A stretch of 64,000 bases of DNA, taken from contig NW_025963902.1 in assembly GCF_023055435.1 (NCBI RefSeq), forward strand, positions 2,539,815-2,603,814. The letters run 5' to 3'. Within the stretch, counting starts at the first letter, position 1. Every line of letters starts with the position of its first letter. Below are positions 23,751 to 35,544 of this stretch, in pieces. The notes below the pieces were generated by a model. The model was not told the DNA's origin. It made no database searches and saw nothing but the letters and a program-made list of their open reading frames with translations. The position numbers and the translations under genes are program-made. This DNA is from Haliotis rufescens (taxonomy: Eukaryota).

Positions 23751-25140
23751 TGTCCTTCATGACGGGTATTCATTGTGATCCAGATCATGGGACGGTGGGT
23801 GTCCACCATAACGGGTGTTCATAGTGATCCGTATCTGGGACGGTGGGTGTCCACCATGTCGGGTGTTCATAGTGATCCCTATCTGGGACGGTGGGTGTCC
23901 ACCATAACGGGTGTTCATAGTGATCCCTATCTGGGTCGGTGGGTGTCCACCATAACGGGTGTTCATAGTGATCCCTATCTGGGACGGTGGGTGTTCATTG
24001 TGATCCCTATCTGGGAGTGTGGGTGTCCATCATGATGGGTGTTCATTGTGATCCCTATCTGGGACGGTGGGTGTCCACCATAACGGGTGTTCATAGTGAT
24101 CCCTATCTGGGACGGTGGATGTCCACCATAACGGGTGTTTATAGTGATCCCTATCTGGGACAGTGGGTGTCCACCATAACGGGTGTTCATAGTGATCCCT
24201 ATCTGGGACGGTGGGTGTCCACCATGTCGGGCGTTCATAGTGATCCCTATCTGGGACGGTGGGTGTTCATTGTGATCCCTATCTGGGACGGTGGGTGTCC
24301 ACCATAACGGGTGTTCATAGTGATCCCTATCTGGGACGGTGGGTGTTCACAGTGATCCCTATCAGGGTCGATGTCCACCATAACAGGTGTTCATAGTGAT
24401 CCCTATCTGGGACGGTGGGTGTTCATAGTGATCCCTATCTGGGACGGTTGGTGTCCACCATAACGGGTGTTCATAGTGATCCCTATCTGGGACGGTGGGT
24501 GTTCATTGTGATCCCTGTCTGGGACGGTGGGTGTCCACCAAAACGGGTGTTCATAGTGATCCCTATCTGGGACGGTGGGTGTTCATTGTGATCCCTATCT
24601 GGGACAGTGGGTGTCCACCATAACGGGTGTTCATAGTGATCCCTATCTGGGACGGTGGGTGTTCATTGTGATCCCTATCTGGGACGGTGGGTGTCCACCA
24701 TGTCGGGTGTTCATAGTGATCCCTATCTGGGATGATTGGAACTCATTGTGATCCCTCTCTGGGACGATGGGTGTTCATTGTGATCCCTATCTGGGACGGT
24801 GGGTGTCCATCATGACAGGTTTCCACAGTGATCCCTATCTGGGAAGGTGGGTGTCCATCATGACGGGTTTCCACAGTGATCCCTATCTGGGACGGTGTAT
24901 GTCAGTCATGATGGGTGTTCATTGTGATCCCTGTCTGGGATGATGGGTGTTCATTGTGATCCCTTATCTCGGACAGTGGGTGTCAGTCCTGGTGGGTGTT
25001 CACAGTGATCCCTATCTGGCATGGTGGGTGTCCATTGTGATCCCTATCTGGGATGATTGGTGTTCATTGTGATCCCTATCTGGGAAGATGGGTGTTCATT
25101 GTGACCCCTTTCTGAGACGGTGGGTGTCCATCATAACGGG
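23750..25140. repeat. Minisatellite with a ~48-bp unit 'ccctatctgggacggtgggtgtccaccataacgggtgttcatagtgat' and about 29 copies. Some units are shortened to ~32 bp.
   Basis: The recurring 'gtgatccctatctggga' anchor is visible throughout. ORFs 23757-24307 are repeat artefacts. Confidence 0.85.
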
Positions 25141-26139
25141 AGTTTGTCAGAACTATATAGTTATCTAATGACTCGGCAAAACCAAACACATAACAACTGG
25201 AGGAATGATGTGAACATATTTACTTTTTGATATTACCAGTGTATGAAAATAGGGAAAAGTTGTAATATAAATACAAAATAACTAGGCTGTGACAAAAATA
25301 TATGCATACATTGGAGACTGGTGACACTAAAACATCTTAACAATGTGGCGTCAGAACGTCTATAAATGATATAAATAACGGTAACAATAATGATGAACTT
25401 GGTCAGAAAATTCTGCTACACATCACAAGATGGCAGACACATCACTTCACACACCAATAAATAATAGTATACAACAGTATATCTAACACATACATACATA
25501 AACAGTCCCATCTCAGGGAGCAAGGAACATGCCAATTCCAATCCTGACTGGGCACTAAATCATGGAGCATTGTCATAAACATAACAAGCAAACAGTATAT
25601 ATCTATTATACATATACAAGTCTTTGATAGGCATTTGAGGTCCTTCCATGTGTCAGACACCCAGTTGTCAGACACTGGAATATTTTGTAACTGCCAAACA
25701 CCCCTTTACTCATATTGATATGACACAGATCTCTTTGCAGTTTTAATGGCTTGGTTAAACTGTAACTATATTTGTTTTCACTGAAGTTTGTGAGATAGTG
25801 CAATTTCTGGATGCAGCAGGTTACATTCCAACTTTGGCTTGAATGACTGACAGTACACTGACATTGATGTGGAAGTAAATATTACTATTTCATAATGATT
25901 GATGGTCATTTTATATATTATGTATATGTTATGTATTATAGTTCATGTATAAAGTGTAAAACTTCTTTAACTGAGCAATATATTCCAAAGTATAAAGTAA
26001 TAATATATCAAGAATAAATATTGATTTGCATATAGTTTGTTTTCTTTTGTACCAGTTGTCAGACAGTTGTTGACGACAGGACCAGTCTGTTTGGATTTAA
26101 GGGAATATATCACACACCTGATGTGCCCTCAACTATAAA

Positions 26140-26585
26140 AGTTGTTTTAGGGTGTCTGACAAATGGGGTGTCTGACAAATGGAGTGTCTAACAAATGGGG
26201 TGTCTGACAAATGGGGTGTCTGACAAATGGGGTGTCTGACAAATGAGGTGTCTGACAAATGGGGTGTCTGACAAATGGGTAGTCTGACAAATGAGGTGTC
26301 TGACAAATGGGGTGTCTGACAAATGAGGTGTCTGACAAATGGGGTGTCTGACAAATGAGGTGTCTGATAAATGAGGTGTCTGAGAAATGGGGTGTCTGAC
26401 AAATGGGGTGTCTGACAAATGGGGTGTCTGACAAATGGGGTGTCTGACAAATGAGGTGTCTGACAAATGGGGTGTCTGACAAGTGAGGTGTCTGACAAAT
26501 TGGGTAGTCTGACAAATGAGGTGTCTGACAAATGAGGTGTCTGACAAATGGGTAGTCTGACAAATGGGGTATCTGACAAATGGGA
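26140..26585. repeat. Minisatellite with a 16-bp unit 'ggggtgtctgacaaat' and about 27 copies.
   Basis: Direct count. The three overlapping minus-strand ORFs at 26133-26619 are artefacts. Confidence 0.9.
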
Positions 26586-27565
26586 GATGAACAGGCATAT
26601 ATATTAACATGATGAACATGATTAACTCAATACAATTAATCAGTATTCACCTGATGGAGGGCTGAAGTAGCTCTAAAACATTGCTACAAACAATAATAAA
26701 GTCGTTATCCATAACAGTGTCATATCATCCTGTACATACACAGCTGACGGCTCTCATTAAGTACACTTTGCCCACATCTACACAACAGTATAGCTCCTTC
26801 ATAAATCATAATTCAACTGAAGAACAAATCTGGAATAAAACAGTATTACTAAAACACATTCATGGGATTTTATCAAAAAGCAGTAAAACTTCTTCACAGC
26901 CATCAGCTACAAATATCATGTATGAACAGTAACAAAACAACGGAAGCATTGGATCCTGCTTCTGTTACAGACATTACCGAGACTTGGATGGCTACCAGTG
27001 GATGGCTTGTCTACTTATCACTATCGTAAACTTAGAGACATGGAAGTCTTAATAAGAGAGCACCAAAAAGATTTTGGGCATGGGTCTGAGAACAATCTCT
27101 TTTTATCCTGCCGGTGACAAACTATTTATTTCCTAAGCACCATCAAACAATCCATTCATTTTCACTATTAACACAAAAAATGACGTTTGGATATTTTCCA
27201 CAAAACAAACTTTTCCTTTTTTTCACTACTGCCACCAACCTTTTCATTTGGGGCATATTTATGGACTTTTCATTTTAAAAATCTTGCCACCCAACACCCT
27301 CTGAAATTAAATGGATGCTCCCTTAACTAAAACATTTTTTGACTCACTTTCATTAATATTTTTTTTTTTAAATCTAGACCATTTTTAAGATGACTGACCA
27401 CATGTTGTTTTACCCCACAGTCAGCAATATCACCATTATATCACCGCAGCATGTAAATCATCTAGTCTGGGCGGGGCATACTAGTGGTTGATAGCATGAG
27501 CATAGCATAGCATGATGACCCATAACCACTAGGGTCACACATTGTAATCACATATTTATCATAAA

Positions 27566-27650
27566 TCTATCATAGACCTCCGTTGCCTAGAGGATAGAGT
27601 GTCTGCCTGTAGAGCACAAGGTCCGGGGTTCGTTCCCCGGACCCTGACAC
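27566..27650 (+). other. Degenerate tRNA-like sequence: a possible tRNA pseudogene or SINE head. It has a D-arm-like 'gcctagaggatagag', a candidate anticodon loop 'ct-GTA-ga', the variable loop 'aggtc' and a T-arm 'cgggg-ttcgttc-ccccg'.
   Basis: 'aggtccggggttcgttccccgg' resembles the tRNA variable-loop/T-arm consensus 'AGGTCCCGGGTTCGATCCCCGG'. I could not find an acceptor stem that pairs. Confidence 0.3.
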
Positions 27651-27959
27651 ATCAAATGACAATAAAAAAGGGCACTTCTTGTTACCCAGCCTGGCATTCG
27701 GCATTAAGGGGCTAAAACAAGGACTGGTCTGTTCAGAGTCAGTCTAATGTGTCTGAGTAGGGTATCCATGTTAAACTGCGGCATGGTATCTTAGTGGGCT
27801 AGCACTGTAAAATCAGCATTAATCCAGAGTAGTACAAGCAGCCACACACATGCACATGTACCCGTACATGAATGCATGTAGCTACATAAGTGCAATAATC
27901 TTGCCACCTCATTTACCCTTTTGATAAGATGGGGAACTTGGACCAACTCTTTTCTTGAA

Positions 27960-28520
27960 TCTCTCTGTGGAGAAGTCAAGACGCTCATGGTGTTCCCCCC
28001 AGTGTAATGAACGGTGCTGTTGCAGCAAGTCAAGACGTTCATGGTGTTCCCCCCAGTGTAATGAACGGTGCTGTTGCAGCAAGTCAAGACGTTCATGGTG
28101 TTCCCCCCAGTGCAATGAACAGTGCTGATGCAGCAAGTTAAGATGTTCATGGTGTTCCCCATGCAATGACATGTGCACACTTAGCAAGTGAAGACGTTCA
28201 TGGTGTTCCCCCGTGCAATGACAGGTGCACTCTTAGCAAGTGAAGACGTTCATGGCGTTCCCCCGTGCAATGACAGGTGCACTCTTAGCAAGTCAAGACG
28301 TTCATGGCGTTCTCCGCTCAATGACAGGTGCACACTTAGCAAGTGAAGACGTTCATGGTGTTCCCCCGTGCCATGAACGGTGCTCATGCAGCAAGTCAAG
28401 ATGTTCATTGTGTTCCCCCATGCAATGACAGGTGCACTCTTAGCAAGTGGAGACGTTCATGGTGTTCCCCCCGGTGCAGTGAACAGTGCTCATGCAGCAA
28501 GTGAAGACGTTCTTGGTGCC
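27960..28520. repeat. Minisatellite with a ~52-60-bp unit 'gtcaagacgttcatggtgttccccccagtgtaatgaacggtgctgttgcagcaa' and about 10 copies in two unit variants.
   Basis: 'aagacgttcatggtgttcccc' recurs at 27976, 28036, 28095, 28150, 28196, 28250, 28300, 28340, 28395 and 28452. Confidence 0.85.
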
Positions 28521-29230
28521 AATGGGTAAAATATGATTTGCAACTTGTAGACAAATTTCTGACAGGTTTGTCCATAGTAATATTTACACTTCCGTTTACC
28601 CTCATGTGGCTTGACATTGAATCCATCCTCCATGAGATCATTTTCCAGACATTTCATAAACACTTCTTCGTCAGCTTGTGTTTCCCATGGCCCAATACTA
28701 ACATGAGCTGATTCCACGATGCATCCGTGGAAGGGGTTAAAGTTCTGAGCTTTCGCCTTGAACTCTGTTCTGAAAGCACATATCAATACTTCACCGATTC
28801 TGTTAATCGATGCATTAGCAACTGCTGCTCGGATGACGTCATGCTTGGCATCTTGGTACCCTGGAAACTGGGATCGATGGGATTTTTTTACGATAATAGA
28901 AGCAATTTCAGGTCGAAGCTGTAGCTTTTCAACCATGGAGTGTAGGCCATAGTACTCGGCATCTCTGTAGACAGCGGTGGATAAGTCGAACGGCGGAACT
29001 GTCCCGTAGCGGAGGTATTCCAGAATGTGGCCAAACACGGCACCGTTGGTGTCCAGGAAGTAGTGGCCATCTTTGTCTTGGTCGACCTCGTGACGGCCAC
29101 TGAACATGGCCGCTAGCATGGAGTCCGAGTACTTCAAAAGTGTGGAGAGTCGTGTCTGGTACACCACTCCGCCAACATTCAGTGATATGATTGGTGGAAA
29201 CTGCCCCAGTTTTACAACATTGTCTCGCGG
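28490..29230 (-). CDS. KCTD-family protein with a BTB/T1 domain, closest to the KCTD6/11/21 clade. This is the main coding exon: PRDNVVKLGQFPPIISLNVGGVVYQTRLSTLLKYSDSMLAAMFSGRHEVDQDKDGHYFLDTNGAVFGHILEYLRYGTVPPFDL…KFVYKLQIIFYPLAPRTSSLAA*. The initiator exon lies upstream and was not found.
   Basis: The T1/BTB_2 signature LNVGG..Y.T.L.TL...PDSML.AMFSG......D..G.YF.D..G..F..IL.YLR.G is present. A 3' splice acceptor 'tatttatttttcag|ccgcgagac' sits at 29230/29231 with no in-frame ATG. The stop is at 28487-28489. The track shows 'M' at 29167, but the codon there is GTG. Confidence 0.65.
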   Translation of the reverse strand, partial: PRDNVVKLGQFPPIISLNVGGVVYQTRLSTLLKYSDSMLAAMFSGRHEVDQDKDGHYFLDTNGAVFGHILEYLRYGTVPPFDLSTAVYRDAEYYGLHSMVEKLQLRPEIASIIVKKSHRSQFPGYQDAKHDVIRAAVANASINRIGEVLICAFRTEFKAKAQNFNPFHGCIVESAHVSIGPWETQADEEVFMKCLENDLMEDGFNVKPHEGKRKCKYYYGQTCQKFVYKLQIIFYPLAPRTSSLAA

Positions 29231-30654
29231 CTGAAAAATAAATAATCTGCAAGTGACATAGCTTGGGCAAATTAAACTTTAACGTCACGTCAGGATTATT
29301 TCAGCTATAGAGCAACACCAGTGACATAGAAATTTGCAAGTTTTGTATAACCCACTGCCCCAGCATTTGAAGAAGAAGTTACTGAAATTGACAAGCAGGG
29401 AATTAGTTGGGATTTTATCATCAATTGATGTCCCTGTCACCCTTACCACTAAAGTTTAATATTTAGGCATCCCTAGATTCACACAAGGACAGGGAAAAAT
29501 TGTTTGTTTTTCTTAAATTTTTCAAAGCTGACTAGGTCGGTAAGGAAGACTTTTTTATTTCATTTTATTTCTGATTACAAATCTATAAAAGTAAACTGGA
29601 TTCAAATGTGCTGCCCACTGCAGCCTGATCGAGTATGAAAGTATGAGGCCCCGAGGTCATGGCGACCCCAGCCATGTTCTCCTGCAGTTCTGACATACTA
29701 TCAGTCCAAAATGTACTCTGTCGCCAAAAAATAAAAATTCTGCTTCCAATTTTTGTAAGTTCTGCAACCAAAATTTTATTAATTCTGCAAACTTTAAACT
29801 TTGTTTTCATGAATTTTGTAGTTTTGCAACTGTTGGACTTGTGGAAGCATTTTGTGTATAAACTTATCTGTGGCTAGAATAGCTCACTGAAGTGAATCTA
29901 GTGATCTGGGTTTTGCTAAGCAATGATTCAAAAGTCAACTTGACTTTAAAATAACCATTTCTCAAAACGTAAAATGTTTAAGAGATTATTTGTAAACTGT
30001 CTAGAGTTTCTTTTTTCCGTAGAAAAAAACCCACCTTAAATAATTATTTGGAATGATTTAATGAATTAAATCAATACACAATTCAAATAATGACTGTTCG
30101 TTTCAGTAAACCTATGCAACTTTTACACATGTTATTTTCTGCAACATTTCTGCACAGAGTGGGCATTTCTGCAAATTATTCCGCAACCGTGGAACACAGC
30201 AGGGACAACGGGACACCATGAGTGGGTCAAACATGACCATACATTTGTATTCCTGTTGCATGTGAGCTGGAAAAATTGTTTCTGTTTTATATTTTCAGTG
30301 ATTAAATATATTTTAGATATGTATATATAATATGTATTTTATCAAGCCTAATATACAGCATCAATCCCCACCTGGCCCCCTGGCTGTCGGGGCATGGGGT
30401 CTGTGCGAGACTGTTCGTATCCTTCCCTGACATGCGTGATGAAAGGATGCTTCGCCCTTGGAACAGGCCTTGGTGCGATTTCTCGTATTGAAATATTTTC
30501 CTCAACGGAAGAATCGTCTTCATCCGTCATTTTCAACATTTCTTCAGCTGATGTACATGTTTTGACATGCTGTTGCGTTGTCTCCCTTCCCAACAAATTT
30601 AGCAAGCTCTTTCCCAGCGCGTGACACCTTCGTTACACTCTCGGTAACATAGTA

Positions 30655-30727
30655 TGGAGAGCTAGGCGAACGGGCTATCGCTGTGAGGAGCTTGCATAGT
30701 TAGCAAGCTCCTCACAGCGATAGCCGG
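30655..30727. repeat. Near-perfect palindrome with 30-bp arms and one mismatch: 'gcgaacgggctatcgctgtgaggagcttgc-atagtt-agcaagctcctcacagcgatagccggttcgc'. A partial third arm follows.
   Basis: The reverse complement of arm 1 equals arm 2 except at one position (c/g). Confidence 0.8.
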
Positions 30728-30989
30728 TTCGCTGGGAAGGAGCTTGCATATTTAGACGTAGACTAGTTTCATAATTACTGGTATTTTATTATTTTGAGAC
30801 ACAGAACTTCTGCCGATATAGGTACAAATATCGCCTTCCATTTCACACGAGCACAAACATATTTCCATCATTTAAAGATGATCGTTTTAGTAGTCAAGCA
30901 ACTACATCAAAATTATTTATAACTGTATTGCAATCTCAGGTACTCGTACTACATGTATCACAAAGGCCAGTTAAGCCTATAAACAACAA

Positions 30990-33900
30990 TGGCGAATGCC
31001 CGGGTTCTATTTCCCACATGGGTACAATGTGTGAAGCATTCCCGAAGCAAAGCGTTTGATCATGGCTTCTGTTTCTCCAACCTCAGCAGTGTCCTAAATG
31101 CATCCCTGCCAAATCTGTCATGTCTGTTGAATGCCAGACCGATATTACTTGGGTCTCAAAAGGCGCCTATTCTTTTGTACAATCCAGTTCATCTTCCCAA
31201 ACAGGTGATATATCACTATCAGCTCCAGTCTCAACTCAAATGGCAACAGCGCCTATGCCAACATTGGCACCAGCGCCAGAACTGGCATCAACACCAGCCC
31301 CTGTTAAAAGTGCAAACAAAAACGTTGACTACGCAATAAAAATTAAGATCGTGTACCAAAGGGTCACCGTGACCCTATTAAAATTTATAATCGGTATCAA
31401 ACTTTGGAGGACATGGATGTCTCTCCACATTCCCAAGGGCGCAACAGAAGTAAGTCGCCTCGAAATGGGACAAATAGATCTCCTGTTCACCCACCCGTAA
31501 CATGAACATTTCCACTCCACTAGTTCAGTGGAATTGCAGAGGTCTTCGAACCAATATTAACGAGTTACAACTTTTAATACAAGAGTTTACGCCATCAGAA
31601 ATCTGTCTTCAAGAGACGTATCTCAAACAGACCGACACCTTTGATTTGCGTCGGTAGTTCCTATCATTCATTTTCTCCACCAGGTGTTAAAGCTACTGGA
31701 GGATCTTCTGTTTCGGTGAAGCAGGACGTGATCCACAGCCCTGTTTCACTTCAAACTCATCTTCAAGCTGTTGCAGTGAGACTGGCTTTACACATAACCT
31801 TTACACTGTGTTCTCTGTATATTTCTCCCTCCTCTGTGCTTCAGAGATCGGATCTTCAGTCCTTATATGATCAGCTCTCTAAGCCCTGCATGATCATGGG
31901 TGACTTTAACGGCAAATCTCATTATGAGAAAGTGTTAAAGTTATTGTTAGGGGGGAATTACTTGAAGATCGGATTCCGATAACAATGTATGCATTTTCAA
32001 TGATGGATCTGTCACATCTGTCACTAACAGATTCAAATCTATTAAATAAATTTACTTGGTCGGTCCACGATGACTTGTGTAAATGCGACCATTTTCCTAC
32101 AATATTAACAGCAAATAATCCATCTGATGTTCCACCTACATCAAGGTGGAATTACTTTAGGATTAACACCTGATATGTTCAGGACTGTTACAAACCCTTT
32201 TCAATCGTTTTCGGATAAGCTGAATGAAATTGCTGATATAACCATTCCTAAGTCCTCTGCAAATCTACACATTTGAAACCATGGTTTGATAAAGAGTGCA
32301 AACAGAATAATTAGTGCAGGAAAAATGCGGAGACATATTTCCGCCAACATCCAACTGTACACAATTTGAATCATGTTAAAATCACAAATGCCATGGCAAG
32401 CCGTACATTCAAACAGAATAAGTGTAAGTCCTGGAGGAGTTTTGTCACCAAATTAATTCTCGCACACCAATATCCAAGGTGTGGAACATGATTGCAAAAA
32501 TTAAAGGCAAAGTATCAAAATCGATCGTCCACCACCTCAAGGAAGGTGACCATTCTGTTAACAGATAAACTGGATATTGCAAATAAATTGGGCGAAACGC
32601 TGGCCAAACACTCTTCATCATCGAATTATGATGCTAAGTTTCAAAAATATCAGAAACAACAGGAAAAGAAGAGGGTTTGTTTTACTTCTCAAAATGGAGA
32701 AGATTATAATAAGGTATTTTCACTCCATGAGCTAAATACTGCCCAAGGTCAAGCGCACGATACTGCAGCGGGAGTGGATAATATTCACTATCTGCCCGAA
32801 GAATTTGCCTGATTCATGTTTAGAGTCACGTCTTGATATATTTGATCGGATCTGGACATCGGGAGATTTTCCTCCATCGTGGCGTAATGCAATAGTTGTT
32901 CCCATACCTAAACCTGGTAGGGACCATACTTTCGCATCTAAGTATAGACCAATATCACCAACCAGCTGTGTGTGCAAAACCATGGAACGAATAGTAAATA
33001 ATCGGCTGGTGTGGTACTTGGAAACCAACAATCTCTTAGCTAACATTCAATGTGGTTTCCGTCAAATAGAAGTACCATTAACCATCTGGTACGTTCAGAA
33101 TCTTTTGTAAAAAATGCAGTTGTAAATAACCAGCATGCATTATCAATCTTTTTTTTATTTAGTTAAAAGCGTATGATACCACATGGAAGCATGGTATTTT
33201 AAAAGATCTACATGATTTGGGATTAAGAGCTTGTCCGCCTCAATATATATCCCTTTCTTTAACAGACCGACATTTTCAGGTTCGTGTGGGTTCCACCCTG
33301 TCTGACCATTATAATCAGGATCAGGGTGTCCCACAAGGCAGTATTTTGTCTGTGACTCTGTTTAGTATAAAGATTGATAGTCTGTCAAAGGTTGATGGTT
33401 CCCTTTTTGTGGACGATGTTAATATTCCATGTCGTGGCAAAAATATGCCTACCATCGAGAGACAGTTGCAGCTGTGTCTCAACAAATTCCAAAAATGGTG
33501 CCTTGAAAATGGTTTTAAGTTTTCAAAAGCTAAGACCAACTGTAGTCATTTGTGTAGGAAATACAAGCACCAGAAGGATCCAGAAGTATTTTTACATGGC
33601 ACTCTATCAAGGCTGTAGAAGAGGCCAAGTTCCTGGGTCTCATTTTCGATCATCATTTGACTCTTAAGCTACATATTAATTATCTCAAAACTAAATGCCT
33701 GAAGGCTCTAGATTTGTTGAAAGTTGTTGCTGATTCAATGTGGGGAGGTGACCAGAGAAGCCTCCTCCACTGGTATAGGTCTCTGATCCGCTCTAAATTA
33801 GATTATGGCTCCATCGTTTATGGTGGAGCCTGTAAGAGCAATTTACAAAAATTTGATTCAAGTCACCTTCAGCATTTGTTCAGGGCCTAAGACTATGTCT

Positions 33901-34700
33901 TGGCACATTTCGAACATCTCCCGTGGATAGCCTATATGTATGTAGAAGCTGATGAACCATCTTTGAATCAACGGCGCTTTGAATCAAATTATCACTTCAA
34001 TACATTACAAAATTCCATTCTAACCCATTAAACCCAGCTTACAAATGTGTTTTTGAACCCCTTTACGAAGACCTTTTTCACAGTAAGTCTAAGCTGGTTC
34101 CACCACTAGGAATACGAATTAAACCCCACAGTACAGCTGCCAATATTGATTCAGATAATATTTCTCCTTTCAGTCTTTAATCTTCAACTTCTTGGCAACT
34201 TATCAGACCGGAAGTAGACTTTACTTACACATTTTTAAAAATCAGACACAAATAATATATCAACAAGAATATATACAAGTTAGAACTAAATATGAATCCC
34301 ACCGTTCTATTTTTAAAGATGGATCCAAGGATGGTGGCAAAGTCTCCAGTGCTGCTGTTATTATTCCGTATCATCCCGATTACCAGACCATAGCTCAATT
34401 TTTACCGCTGAAGCCAAAGCCATTTCAACGGCTTTAGAATAAATTCAAAAACAATCCAGCTGCAAAGGGTTCATCACCTCGTCAGATTCACTAGATTGTC
34501 TACAGGCAATAAAAACGAGCTCTTCAAGTCATCCATTCATTTAAGTTATTTTAGAATTATACCATGAACTTGCAACTGGCCAATACATCGTCTTTTGCTG
34601 GTTGCCCAGTCATGTTGGAATTGCAGGTAACACTATGGCTGATGCATTTTGATAATATGCATTGTGAAAAGTAAGTGATTTCAATTTGGCAGAAAGATTA
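30990..34700 (+). mobile_element. Degenerate non-LTR retrotransposon (LINE). An ORF1-like region at 30990-31500 ends with an overlapping stop/start 'taacATG'. ORF2 carries an APE endonuclease (MNISTPLVQWNCRGLRTNINELQLLIQEFTPSEICLQETYL… MIMGDFNGKSH… DHFPTIL), a reverse transcriptase (YRPISPTSCVCKTMERIVNNRLVWYLE… GVPQGSILSVTLFSI… LFVDDVNI) and a C-terminal RNase H (FKDGSKDGGKVSSAAVI… SHVGIAGNTMAD).
   Basis: The domain motifs are spread over several frames (31503-31650, 31641-31982, 31985-32173, 32805-33110, 33217-33618, 33657-33890, 34192-34437, 34540-34640) with frameshifts and stops, so the copy is inactive. The APE-RT-RNH order suggests an I/Nimb/LOA-like clade; I did not assign the clade. 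Confidence 0.8.
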
Positions 34701-34927
34701 TATAACTGTGATTGTAAGTGGCTGTACCTTCAAAGGGGGTTGAAGTAACATAAAATAATTGTCCCCCTGAGAGGGTACGTAATTCCCAATACATTCAAAG
34801 TATGTTTCATTTTCCATGGTTTTAATCGTAGAATAATTGTAGGTTTTAAATCTTTTGGCTAAAACTTTCTAACAATCATCAGTAGCCAGATGGTGGAAAT
34901 CCTGGTACCAAGCAGGAAGCAGATGTA

Positions 34928-35223
34928 CCGTAAGTCCCCATGGTCCGTACTATGGTGCGACTATGCTTGCCGTAAAAGGCGACTATGCTTGTCGTAAAAG
35001 GCGACTATGCTTGTCGTAAAAGGCGACTAACGGGATCGGGTGGTCAGGCTTGCTGACTTGGTTGATGCATGTCATCGATCGCAATTGGGTGGATCGATGC
35101 TCATGATATCAATCACTGGATTGTCTGGTCCAGACTCGATTTTTTACAGACCGCTGTCATATAGCTGGAATATTGCTGAGTGCGGCGTAAAACAACAAAC
35201 AAACAAACCAACCATAGTATGGT
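34928..35223 (+). mobile_element. SINE-like repeat family 2, a ~250-300-bp non-autonomous element. It has a 5' 'gggtagaataggtcttcagcaacccatgcttgccgtaaaaggcgactatgc…' head, the core 'gatcgatgctcatgatatcaatcactggattgtctggtccagactcgattatttacagaccgc.gtcatatagctggaatattgctgagtgcggcgt', and a (CAAA)n-like tail. This copy has three tandem 22-bp 'gtaaaaggcgactatgcttgtc' units.
   Basis: More than 10 copies in both orientations occur in the window: 15900-15990 (partial), 45895-45990 (partial), 50468-50705, 50830-50925 (partial), 52935-53070 (partial), 57372-57560, 58655-58935, 60330-60450 (partial), 60690-60975 and 63120-63450. Confidence 0.7.
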
Positions 35224-35544
35224 GGTCTAACTTTGGTTGCTGGTGATCCATAGCCCATTTGTATAGTGTATCATTATTAATAGTCACACTTTATGGTTAC
35301 ATACTAGTTTTAAATCTATCTCTGTAATAATATAGTCCTTTTAACGTCCCTCAACAGATTTTATAGTCTATAATTATGTATAATTACTGTACAACTTGAT
35401 TTAGTCACGATATGGCTGAAATATTGCCAATGTGACTATAAATCTAAACTTACTCACTCACCTGTTTGGTGCACACAGTTTACTAAAGCGCCACACAGCC
35501 TTATTGTCTCCCCTGTCAGAATCACGTATTTCAACAGCTCTCAT

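Noticed and set aside
23757-24307. Repetitive ORFs on both strands (MNTRYGGHPPSQIGIT…, GRWVSTITGVHSDPYL…).
   Set aside because: They are translations of the 48-bp minisatellite.
26133-26619. Three overlapping minus ORFs (SDTPFVRHPICQTPHL…).
   Set aside because: They are translations of the 16-bp minisatellite.
30348-30605. 85-aa minus ORF upstream of the LINE (…EEMLKMTDEDDSSVEENISIREIAPRPVPRAKHPF…), considered as an exon of an unknown gene or as LINE ORF1.
   Set aside because: There are no recognisable motifs and no flanking splice signals that fit a gene model. It is left unannotated.
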